Origin: Smithella sp. | GTDB taxonomy: Bacteria > Desulfobacterota > Syntrophia > Syntrophales > Smithellaceae | Length of the DNA stretch: 64,000 nt | Direction: 5' to 3' | Assembly: GCA_035524255.1 (NCBI GenBank) | Contig: DATKPG010000007.1 | Location: 3,270 to 67,269 of the forward strand | Part shown: in pieces, positions 54,930 to 63,304 of the stretch | Position numbering within the stretch: the stretch's first letter is position 1 | Layout of the letters: each line of letters opens with the position of its first letter | Program-made: the position numbers and the translations under genes | Notes under the pieces: model-generated | Database searches by the model: none | The model's input: the letters and a program-made list of their open reading frames with translations, nothing else | What the model was told of the DNA's origin: nothing

Positions 54930-56150
54930 ATGGCTTTAATTGTTCAAAAGTTCGGTGGAACATCGGTCGCGGATATCGACAAGATAAAGAACGTGGCCCA
55001 GAAGGTAATCAATGTTAAAAAAGCCGGCAATAAGGTGGTGGTGGTTCTGTCGGCCATGGCGGGGGAGACCGACCGGCTCATTGACATGGCGCACAAGGCC
55101 GCCGACACGCCCAATGAAAGAGAATACGATTCCCTGATTTCAACGGGCGAGCAGGTGACGATCACGCTTCTTTCGATTGTCTTGAATTCCATGGGTCACG
55201 CGGCAAAATCGTTTTTGGGATTTCAGGTTAAGGTATTAACGGATAAATCGCACAAAAAGGCGAGAATCTCGCTGATCGATACGGATGTCATCAAGAAGGA
55301 ACTCAAAAAAGGAACCATTATCATCGTGGCCGGTTTTCAGGGCGTTGACGAACACAACAATATTACGACGCTGGGGCGCGGCGGTTCCGATACAAGCGCG
55401 GTGGCGCTGGCCGCGGCATTAAAGGCGGATCAATGCGACATCTTTACGGACGTGGACGGCGTTTACACCACCGATCCCAATGTCTGCAACAAGGCGCGGC
55501 GGCTGGATAAAATATCCTACGATGAAATGCTGGAAATGGCCATGACAGGGGCCAAGGTACTGCATCCGCGTTCGGTGGAAATGGCTAAAAAATATAATGT
55601 GCGCGTTTATGTTAAATCAACATTTTCTGATAAAGGAGGAACTCTTGTGACCAAAGAAGATAAAGATATGGAGAGGGAAATAATTTCAGGCGTAACTTAT
55701 GACCGCGATCAGGCTAAAGTAACGGTCGTCTGCGTTCCGGACAAGCCGGGCGTGGCCGCCGATATATTTTCGCCTTTGTCGGATAAAAATATTTTCGTCG
55801 ATATGATTATTCAAAATTCGAGCCTGCAGGGACATACCGATCTTACGTTTACCGTATCCAAAAAAGATCTGAAGGAAGCGCAAAAGATAGTTGAAGGCAC
55901 GGCCAAAAAAATCGGAGCCAAAAAAGTCGAAATCGACGATCAGGTCGCCAAGATTTCCGTCATCGGCGTGGGCATGGCCAGCCATTCGGGCGTGGCGGCA
56001 AAGATGTTCAAGACACTGGCGAAAGAGGGTGTGAACATCATGATGATCAGCACATCGGAAATTAAAATATCCTGCGTCATAGAGCGAAAGTATATGGAGC
56101 TTGCGGTATCGGTGCTTCATGAGGCTTTCAATCTGGCGAAGAAAAAATAG
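54930..56150 (+). CDS. lysC: Aspartate kinase (monofunctional, two ACT domains)
   Basis: 'ALIVQKFGGTSV', 'VVVLSAMAGETDRL', 'GRGGSDTSAVALAA' and a C-terminal ACT pair. ATG 54930 sits 9 nt after GGAGG; the listed TTG 54921 is less likely. Confidence 0.93.
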   Translation: MALIVQKFGGTSVADIDKIKNVAQKVINVKKAGNKVVVVLSAMAGETDRLIDMAHKAADTPNEREYDSLISTGEQVTITLLSIVLNSMGHAAKSFLGFQVKVLTDKSHKKARISLIDTDVIKKELKKGTIIIVAGFQGVDEHNNITTLGRGGSDTSAVALAAALKADQCDIFTDVDGVYTTDPNVCNKARRLDKISYDEMLEMAMTGAKVLHPRSVEMAKKYNVRVYVKSTFSDKGGTLVTKEDKDMEREIISGVTYDRDQAKVTVVCVPDKPGVAADIFSPLSDKNIFVDMIIQNSSLQGHTDLTFTVSKKDLKEAQKIVEGTAKKIGAKKVEIDDQVAKISVIGVGMASHSGVAAKMFKTLAKEGVNIMMISTSEIKISCVIERKYMELAVSVLHEAFNLAKKK

Positions 56151-56154
56151 CTTG

Positions 56155-56712
56155 ATGACCATATCCGAAAATAAACTAAGGGGACTGATCGCCGTTTGTT
56201 TGATACTAGCGATCATCCCCTTTATTATTTTCGGTTATCGAACGTTGCACAAATACAAAATCCCCCCTTTGGCCGATCAGTGCGACGGCTGCCTCGCGAT
56301 AGAAGTTTTTAAGGGCGATCAAAACACCGGAGTATATTTTGCCCCGCCGGGAACCACCGCAAACGGGTTATTGAAATCGGCAGGTATCGGAGGGCCTATC
56401 AATACCGACTTCCCGCTTATGACGGGCATGAAATTAATTTTGAATTCCGCTTCGGGTGATAAGGATATTGTCGTCGCGGAGATGCCCGCGGCTGATAGAT
56501 TATCCCTCGGATTGCCTATTGATATTAATCGGGCGACTGAAGACGATTTGCTTTTGATAAAAGGGGTTGGTCAGGCAACCGCTCAAAACATTCTGGATTT
56601 CCGCAAAAAAATAAACCGCTTTAAAGATATCAGGCAATTGATGGAAATCAAGGGAATCAAAGAAAAGAAATTGGCGGAGCTACAGAAATATTTGTACGTG
56701 GAGAAAAAATAG
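56155..56712 (+). CDS. comEA: ComEA-like helix-hairpin-helix DNA-binding membrane protein
   Basis: N-terminal TM 'LIAVCLILAIIPFIIF' and C-terminal HhH 'INRATEDDLLLIKGVGQATAQNILDFRKK..F..I.QLMEIKGIKEKK'. ATG 56155 is preferred over the listed 56101, which overlaps lysC. Confidence 0.85.
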   Translation: MTISENKLRGLIAVCLILAIIPFIIFGYRTLHKYKIPPLADQCDGCLAIEVFKGDQNTGVYFAPPGTTANGLLKSAGIGGPINTDFPLMTGMKLILNSASGDKDIVVAEMPAADRLSLGLPIDINRATEDDLLLIKGVGQATAQNILDFRKKINRFKDIRQLMEIKGIKEKKLAELQKYLYVEKK

Positions 56713-56713
56713 C

Positions 56714-56835
56714 ACCGCTCCCGCATCAAAGCGCTATTTTTGTTGGCGTCGTCGTCGGTCTCCTCAACGTATAACTAATACGCCTCGTCGCCTCCTCCTA
56801 GCCGCCTCAATATCATCTTTGATGCAGAAGCGGTA
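56714..56835. repeat. Long-range 18-bp inverted repeat enclosing an ~86-nt pyrimidine-rich core
   Basis: ACCGCTCCCGCATCAAAG (56714-56731) versus CTTTGATGCAGAAGCGGT (56818-56835), 16/18 complementary. The interior has direct repeats CGTCGTCGGTCTCCTC / CGCCTCGTCGCCTCCTC around the small palindrome CGTAT-AACTA-ATACG. It is followed by TATATTATTTTT. Confidence 0.5.
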
Positions 56836-56902
56836 TATTATTTTTATCAAGGATTTGTTGGCCCGATTATCATCTCATATTTCATATCAATATTTACTTT
56901 AG

Positions 56903-57115
56903 CTAATCCCTCGAAAGAGGGATATATAATGTCTTAATATCTATAATCATTTCTCTTGCAATATTTTCAAAAAAGGTTTTAATAATTTCGTCCCACATTA
57001 TGCGGAGGGTGTCGCTGACACCTTTGGTTCCGCATGTTTCATGAAAATATAAATTTGTAATATTAATGAACACTGATGAATGATATTTCAAGACCTCATC
57101 CCAATTACACATCAT
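56903..57115 (-). CDS. Small hypothetical protein in the AT-rich island (doubtful)
   Basis: 70-aa ORF divergent from the KAP NTPase gene, with AT-rich codon usage like its neighbour. No recognisable motif. Confidence 0.25.
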   Translation of the reverse strand: MMCNWDEVLKYHSSVFINITNLYFHETCGTKGVSDTLRIMWDEIIKTFFENIAREMIIDIKTLYIPLSRD

Positions 57116-57189
57116 TATTGATGAATACTTCGTCTTCGAAATATCTCAAATTATTTGTGCATAACTTATATGAATATTCTTAAATAATT

Positions 57190-59844
57190 ATGATGAATGC
57201 TTTTTTTAAAAAAGAATTATTAACGTCAAAGAAGTACGTGCTGAAAAATTGGCGGATACTTTTTCTTTCAGTAGCAATAGGTCTATTTTTATTCTGGATA
57301 CTTTCTGTGGTTGAACAGACGATCGAAGCGAAAACATTTAATTTCACAAATTATCTACCAAATATAAATTATTTTTTGATCATGATATGGTTATTACTAA
57401 TTACGATTTTCAATATAATATCTAATCTTTTTGTCCGTTATCGAAATTCCTATTTCTTAAATCAACCTGATTTTCTGCTTATTGACGCATTATTAATCAT
57501 TACAATCACAATTCTCTCTCTTTGCTATGTTTCTCATACTCTTCCCAGTAGGGCATCAATATATTTTTGGCGTCCCATGATCTCTATTTGTGTATTTATT
57601 TTTTTTACGTATATCTCAGCAACATTTCCTCTCATTAAAAAAGAGCTAAATAAATATTGTGCTCACGAAAATGATACATTTCCTGAACAAATTAAACTTT
57701 TTTCTGATGAACCGATAAACGACGAAATGGATGATTTAATCGGACGACGAAACTTTGCTAGTACTTTAAAGGAGCATATCTATGATCTTTCCATAGAAGA
57801 ATCATTTGTTATGGCATTATATGGTAGATGGGGTGAGGGTAAAACTTCTATATTAAATCTGCTAAAAAAAGAAATGAGGGAAGAGCCACATTTGTTAATT
57901 TATGAGTTCGATCCATGGTATTTCGGAGACAATGAAGCTTTAACAGCAAATTTTTATTATGGGCTAAACGACTTATTGGAGGAAAAATATTTTCTCTCGA
58001 AGAAAATTAAGAATGCGCTGACCTTTTACCCAGAGGTACTCTTGAAAGGGTTTGCTATTCGTTTTCATAAATCAGTAACAGATGAGCGGCCATTAGAAAT
58101 CAAGAAAGATATTGAACAATTCATTGCATCTATCGATAAAAAAGTTTTGGTTGTTATTGATGACATTGATCGTTTGCAACGAGAACAGATATTAGCTGTA
58201 TTTCAGTTAATAAAATTAACAAGTAAAATTAAAAATATGATTTTTCTTTTAAGCTTTGACCCAGACAAAGTTGCAGCAGCCATAAAATGTACACAAGAAA
58301 TGCGTGATTCGCACGACTATATTGAAAAGATTGTGCAACTACCAATAAATATTCCCATGACTGATCAAAGTATAATAGACAAATTTATATATTATTCTTA
58401 TCCAGAAACTGGTCATATATCAGAAATTGATAAACTATTTGATAGATGAAAAATTGATAAAAACAGAATAAAAGATTTCGATGAACAATTTGGTCCACTC
58501 TATCAATCAGAATTGAGACAAATATTTTCTACATTTAGGGCAGCAAAACGTTATCTAAATAGCATATATTTTAGATTGCCACCTATATTAGAAGAAGTTT
58601 ATCTTTTTGATTTTTTTATAGTAGAAATATTTCAAACTTTCTTTCCCGAAATTTATGGAGATATGAAAAAAGCACCTTGGTATTATGTATCAAAATGGTC
58701 CTTTGAGACCCTTTTAAGTTCACCATTGCCTCATGATGCCAAACAAAAATATCAAGCAATTAAAGAACATATTGAGGGACTAACTAAAACTAATTCCTTC
58801 AGAAACCTTATTATTTCACTCTTAGGATGTATTTATCCAGAAGTAGAGAAGGCTTTTTCTACCAGTGGATATGGTAGTGATCATGAATCATCGGCAAGAG
58901 ATTATAGGATCAAGCATAGAATCGCGCATGGGGATTGTTTCCTTAAATACTTTATGCTCGGTGTCCGCAAAGGCGTTATATCCGACTCTGAATTTGATAC
59001 CATGATAAAACTTTGGAAGGATGCGGAATCTACAGAAGATGAAATAAGAAAATCTCTAATCATGAAATATCAGAAAGAATTCAAATTACTCGAAATACTT
59101 AAACGTCTAAAAATATATTCAGATTTTCTTGATGCGAAATTAGTTTTACCGTTAATTAAAACACTTTATAAGAATTGTGACAATTTTCGCCGCGAAGGTG
59201 ATTTATGGGATACTGAACTTGATCAAGCTGAAATGCTGATTATGATTTTAATAGAGAACAATAAGGGGATAGCGGATAATAAAATAAATGATATTCTTCA
59301 CGAAGTTGTTAATAATGTAGTACGTTTTGATCTTGCTTCCAAAATAGTTTTATATTCCAATAGGGTGAGAAATAATTCTTTTTATAGAATAAGAAATAAC
59401 GTGAATATTGACAGTTTAAGAAATAGTCTTGCTGATAGATTGAATAAATATTTTATAGAAGGGGAAAGAGACATTTTTGATGAATATAAGCAAGCGAGGG
59501 AATTTGGTTTTATTCTTTATCAGTGGGCTACACGATGGGAGGATGAAAATAAAAATTATAAAGAAGAAGTAACAGATTATCTAATAAAGATATTTAAAAA
59601 GAAAAGTAATAAAATTGGATTTTATTTACTTCATTTTATGAAAAATAGAATGCATACTTATGATATTGATAGTTTTGATTATAGCGATTTTATTAAAGCT
59701 TATAATGCAGATAAGTTTGCACAGTTTCTAGATACTTTAGAAGATAAAGAAGCAGCATATTCTACAATAAACGAAAAAGAAGCTATTGATTTGTTTTTGA
59801 AGGCACATGCTGAAGCTTCTAAAAATTTACCAATTTCTTCCTAA
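57190..59844 (+). pseudogene. KAP-family (Kidins220/ARMS-PifA) P-loop NTPase with N-terminal TM helices, interrupted by a single in-frame TGA
   Basis: ORFs 57190-58449 and 58513-59844 share one reading frame. The only interruption is TGA at 58447-58449 (..KLFDR*KIDKNRIKDF..). Walker A 'GRWGEGKTS' (from 57823), Walker B 'VLVVIDDIDRL', the KAP hallmark 'FRAAKRYLNSIYF' after the stop, and ~4 N-terminal TM helices. Confidence 0.75.
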
Positions 59845-59929
59845 TAGAACGAAAAAAAGATTTAGTTAAAAGATTTAGAATTCTGGGGATAGTTTACTTA
59901 ATTAATCATAAGAATGTGAATTTTTAAAT

Positions 59930-60108
59930 CCGGCTATTCGGTCGATTGAAGGCCTCCCAAGGCAAGCCTTGGGAGAGACTTCGATTCTCGGGGAAAGTAA
60001 TAGTTTATTAAACGCTTGCTTACCCCTGTGCAGGCTGCGGTGGGTGCACTCGCTGCCGAATTCAAAAAGACTCGACCTAACTTGGCAATGACAGTGGGGC
60101 AGGGTTGG
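59930..60108. repeat. REP-like hairpin cluster
   Basis: Contains the perfect hairpin CTCCCAAGG-CAAG-CCTTGGGAG (59954-59975) within a longer imperfect palindrome, a GGCTGCG..CGCTGCC hairpin (~60032-60056) and a 'GGCAATGACA' motif shared with the 62.3-62.6 kb repeats. Confidence 0.6.
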
Positions 60109-60150
60109 CCCTCCCCCGTCGCTTTGCGACACCCCCTCCAAAGGGGGACA
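60109..60150 (+). repeat. 42-bp double-hairpin repeat, copy 1
   Basis: CCCTCCCCCGTCGCTTTGCGACACCCCCTCCAAAGGGGGACA, with hairpins GTCGC-TTT-GCGAC and CCCCCT-CCAA-AGGGGG. It lies 50 nt upstream of the 60201 ATG. Confidence 0.85.
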
Positions 60151-60200
60151 TTTGAGGAAATCCGGCGGCGGTATATTGGTTTTTCAGGAAAGGAGTTCAA

Positions 60201-61361
60201 ATGAATCCAGACGTGATCATCTCTGGCGCGGGTCCGGCGGGGCTGGCCTGTGCCATCTTCTGCGCCAGATCCGGACTCAGCGTTTTAGTTCTGGAGAAAG
60301 CAGACCGGCCGGGGCCTGAGCCCAGAGGCGAAACTGCTCGGCCGCACGAGATATTCGAGGATCTTCTCGGCAAAGACTTCATGAGCTCTATCAGCCTGCA
60401 CCGCACCTCCGCGCGGCGCTTTAACAGTCCGGGGGCCGAAAAAAGTTTCGAAATACAACGAAAGCATTCGTCCTACATTTTTGACTGGCATGTATTCATT
60501 GCCAGGCTCTTTGAAGAAGCCCTTAAGGCCGGCGTCAAATTCAGCATGGGCACCTCAGTCGCCGGGGCGATTATTGAAAACGGCATCTGCCGTGGCGTTG
60601 TGACCGCAAACGGCGAAGAGCTCATGGCGCATACCATTCTGGACTGCATGGGGCATACATCGGTGCTTGGCAAAAAAGCGGGAATCGATTATCGACGCCT
60701 CAACAATCCCATGATCAAGAGCCTGATCTCGAATTTCAAGGGTGAATACCGTGGAATGGAGTTTTTCTTCATTCCGGCGGGCTCGCTTCATTACGCGCCG
60801 TCTTTTCCGCCCTGCCTGACCTTCATTTTTCCGCGAAACGATGACAAGTGCGAAATAGGACTGATGATCATGAGCGGCCCGGCCGCCAAACTGGGACTGC
60901 GCCTGCCGGATAGCGCCGAACAGCTCAGGGTCTGGCACGAGCTCAAATCCGGCTATCCTCGTTTCAGCGGGCAGATCAAAGGTTCAAGGGTGGATTACGA
61001 AGGTCTGACCTGCCTGACCATGGCAGGGTTGCAGCCTGAGGGCGTAATCATTCCGGGTCTGATTCATCTGGGCGACGCGATCGGCTTTGTGGAAGCATCC
61101 GGAGGCTGCGGCCTGGCCTCGTCCCTCCAGAATGCCCGTTTCGCCGCCGATTTCGCGGCCTGCAACCGCGCACATGCTTGGAATGCCGAACGGCAGGACG
61201 CTTACAACCGGTCGTTTCGGGCCTCCCTCATCTACAGGCATATCCGGAAGGTTTACAGACTGGTGCTTCCGGCGCTTAATTTCATCTTCGCCCGCCTCAA
61301 AACTCCCGGACGCGTCAATCGCCACTGGTGGCTGGTGAAACTCTTCTACAAGCTGGGCTGA
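60201..61361 (+). CDS. FAD-dependent oxidoreductase (geranylgeranyl-reductase/UbiH-like class)
   Basis: 386 aa with 'DVIISGAGPAGLACAIFCARSGLSVLVLEK' (GxGxxG + acidic end) and 'GDAIGFVEASGGCG'. RBS AAAGGAG. Confidence 0.85.
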   Translation: MNPDVIISGAGPAGLACAIFCARSGLSVLVLEKADRPGPEPRGETARPHEIFEDLLGKDFMSSISLHRTSARRFNSPGAEKSFEIQRKHSSYIFDWHVFIARLFEEALKAGVKFSMGTSVAGAIIENGICRGVVTANGEELMAHTILDCMGHTSVLGKKAGIDYRRLNNPMIKSLISNFKGEYRGMEFFFIPAGSLHYAPSFPPCLTFIFPRNDDKCEIGLMIMSGPAAKLGLRLPDSAEQLRVWHELKSGYPRFSGQIKGSRVDYEGLTCLTMAGLQPEGVIIPGLIHLGDAIGFVEASGGCGLASSLQNARFAADFAACNRAHAWNAERQDAYNRSFRASLIYRHIRKVYRLVLPALNFIFARLKTPGRVNRHWWLVKLFYKLG

Positions 61362-61481
61362 CAGTCTGAAGTTCAACAATAAATTTACCGCGTCCTGAAA
61401 CTCGCACTTTTATAATTTCAATTTTATGCTAGAGTAAAACGCGCGGGGATAGAATTGCCCGCGTGATAAGGGGATTCCGAT

Positions 61482-62273
61482 ATGGCCGGACATACAACGG
61501 TGGGAACAGTGGCATGGGAGGCGCAGGGCGGACCGCCTCTTTCGCTTTATCAAAAAGCCGGGCTTCTGCTCGGCTACGGTTCTATCTTAACTGCAAATCT
61601 CATGACCCGGTTTTGGCTGCTTGTCAGTCGAAGATTTCCGCTTGAAGGCAAAGACGCCGCGAGGCATTTAGACCTGGAGGCGTGGGCTCCTCCCGATAGT
61701 CAGATAGCGCGTGATGCCGAAGAGTACGCGCGTGAATTTTCCAGCATCGCTATGGTGAATCACTGCTATCGGACGTACTATTTTGCCGCCCTGATGTATG
61801 AACAAAGCAAAACAAAAACGCGCATGGATAAAGAAGCCCTGTACGTCGCCTCAATCCTGCACGACGTGGGCCTCTTTCAATCGAAAAGACCGCAAGGCGA
61901 ACATTGTTTTACCGTGGGGAGCGCGAGCGTTGCCAGGCGGATCGCCAAATCCGCGGGTTGGGATAGCGCGCGCGTTGACGGCGTCGCGGAGGCGATAATG
62001 CTGAATCTGAATCCATGGGTTCCCCTGCAAAAATACGGGCCGGAGGCTCATTTTATGAGTGTCGGCGGACAACTGGAGGTCCTCGCGCAATACTGGAAGG
62101 TACCTCCGGATGATTCTCGGGAAATCCTCGCCCGGTATCCGCGCGCCGATTTTGCATCCGACAGCAGCCTCCATGTTAAAAATGAAGCCAGGCAAAACCC
62201 GGGAAGCCGCTTCGGCTGTCTGTGTCCGCTGTATACTTTTTTTGTGCCGAAGTTAGCCTTTAAAGTAACATGA
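61482..62273 (+). CDS. HD-domain metal-dependent phosphohydrolase-like protein
   Basis: 263 aa with 'NHCYRTYYF' (His) and 'ASILHDVGL' (HD dyad). RBS AAGGGGA 8 nt upstream. Confidence 0.7.
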   Translation: MAGHTTVGTVAWEAQGGPPLSLYQKAGLLLGYGSILTANLMTRFWLLVSRRFPLEGKDAARHLDLEAWAPPDSQIARDAEEYAREFSSIAMVNHCYRTYYFAALMYEQSKTKTRMDKEALYVASILHDVGLFQSKRPQGEHCFTVGSASVARRIAKSAGWDSARVDGVAEAIMLNLNPWVPLQKYGPEAHFMSVGGQLEVLAQYWKVPPDDSREILARYPRADFASDSSLHVKNEARQNPGSRFGCLCPLYTFFVPKLAFKVT

Positions 62274-62281
62274 GCGGCGCA

Positions 62282-62323
62282 CCCTCCCCCGTCGCTTCGC
62301 GACACCCCCTCCAAAGGGGGACA
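62282..62323 (+). repeat. 42-bp double-hairpin repeat, copy 2
   Basis: CCCTCCCCCGTCGCTTCGCGACACCCCCTCCAAAGGGGGACA. Starts 9 nt after the HD gene stop. It differs from copy 1 only in the first hairpin loop. Confidence 0.85.
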
Positions 62324-62372
62324 GGTAAGGAAGCTTCGCTTTTATCCTTGCAAAGAGGGACAGGTAAAGGAA

Positions 62373-62459
62373 GAGATTGCCACGGAACGCGAGGCGTTCC
62401 TCGCAATGACAAAAACGAGTAAGCTGTCATTGCGAGAAGCGAAGCGACGAAGCAATCCC
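62373..62459. repeat. Inverted pair of 'GATTGCCACG...CTCGCAATGACA' REP-like hairpin elements
   Basis: GAGATTGCCACGGAACGCGAGGCGTTCCTCGCAATGACA (62373-62411) and the inverted relative TGTCATTGCGAGAAGCGAAGCGACGAAGCAATCCC (62425-62459). Each is internally palindromic. Confidence 0.8.
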
Positions 62460-62466
62460 TACGATA

Positions 62467-62508
62467 CCCTCCCCTGTCGCTACGCGACACCCCCTCCAAA
62501 GGGGGACA
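62467..62508 (+). repeat. 42-bp double-hairpin repeat, copy 3
   Basis: CCCTCCCCTGTCGCTACGCGACACCCCCTCCAAAGGGGGACA. Confidence 0.85.
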
Positions 62509-62519
62509 TTTAAAAGTAG

Positions 62520-62627
62520 GGCGCGTTTCCCAAACGCGCCGCTTCGGATTGATCGGGGATCAATCCCCACATTATAAAAAATTAAAAGAGAGATTGCCAC
62601 GACTCGCAAGGCTCGCCTCGCAATAAC
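62520..62627. repeat. Further REP-like hairpins
   Basis: GGCGCGTTT-CCC-AAACGCGCC (62520-62540), GGATTGATC-GGG-GATCAATCC (62546-62566), and a third copy of the GAGAGATTGCCACG..CTCGCAATAACA element (62588-62627). Confidence 0.8.
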
Positions 62628-62714
62628 AAACCGTCGATAAGAGACGGTGCGCAATGAAAAATTCTTTTTCAGTTCGAGTCAATAAGACTCGGCCTGACAA
62701 AGATTTTAGTTGGT

Positions 62715-63098
62715 TTAAGGGGTTTGGGTTTCGCCGATACTTCTTTGTGATCCTGCTGCTATTTCCGAAATCCGGTGATTTTTGACAACACCCGATTCAT
62801 CAAAAACAATGCTCAATTGATTTATATACGTTGTTTTTCCTTTATATAAAGGAATTTTCATTTCACTTTCTTCAGTCCATTCATAGAAAAACATCTTTTC
62901 ATTATCAACAGTTTTTGTCGGAGCGCCAAACTCAAGCAGAACTTCCTGCTTCGTTGTCTTGCCATCAATGATACTGCGGGCAATTCTATCATCGCTGATT
63001 GATACACCGTGTTTAATTGTTGTGTATCCGCAGGCGGAAATCAGCAGCAATAAAGTGCATAAAACAAACAATGGATAAAGATGTCTTTTGGTATTCAT
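62715..63098 (-). CDS. Small lipoprotein, BamE/SmpA-OmlA-like
   Basis: MNTKRHLYPLFVLCTLLLLISAC|GY lipobox. 'IIDGKTTKQEVLLEFGAPTK' resembles the SmpA/OmlA motif. ATG 63098 is preferred over the listed 63137. Confidence 0.55.
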   Translation of the reverse strand: MNTKRHLYPLFVLCTLLLLISACGYTTIKHGVSISDDRIARSIIDGKTTKQEVLLEFGAPTKTVDNEKMFFYEWTEESEMKIPLYKGKTTYINQLSIVFDESGVVKNHRISEIAAGSQRSIGETQTP

Positions 63099-63304
63099 AA
63101 TTGTGCCTTTATGTGAGTGTGCAAAAATTTTGTACATATATAAACCTTTCCAATCTTTTCAGCAAGCCTCAAAGTCCAAAGGAGGACAATAGGGGGTTTT
63201 CAGAAATCATCATTTGCAAAATTATGCTTTTATGATAGATTATAGCCGGTAATGGTGATGTGAAGATTCAGGGTATTATGCCGCAATCTTAAGGGATGCA
63301 TTTT

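Noticed and set aside
58447-58449. TGA recoding (genetic code 4/25 or selenocysteine) to explain the KAP in-frame stop
   Set aside because: Many well-defined genes in the window terminate at TGA (e.g. 11307-11309 and the 43285-43287 miaA stop). I saw no obvious SECIS-like hairpin immediately downstream. A nonsense mutation or leaky stop is more parsimonious.
60109-62508. Possible CRISPR array or integron attC sites formed by the 42-bp repeats
   Set aside because: There are only three copies at irregular spacings (2.2 kb and 0.19 kb), separated by full-length genes and with internal double hairpins. No cas or intI gene lies in the window, and I saw no GTTRRRY/RYYYAAC core pairing at the boundaries.
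59902-62654. Family of minus-strand ORFs beginning MEGVS(Q/R)SDGGG / containing PLWRGCR (59902-60141, 59934-60200, 62048-62314, 62260-62499, 62427-62654)
   Set aside because: Their shared 'protein' motif is just the translation of the 42-bp DNA repeat and neighbouring REP hairpins. Several overlap real plus-strand genes.
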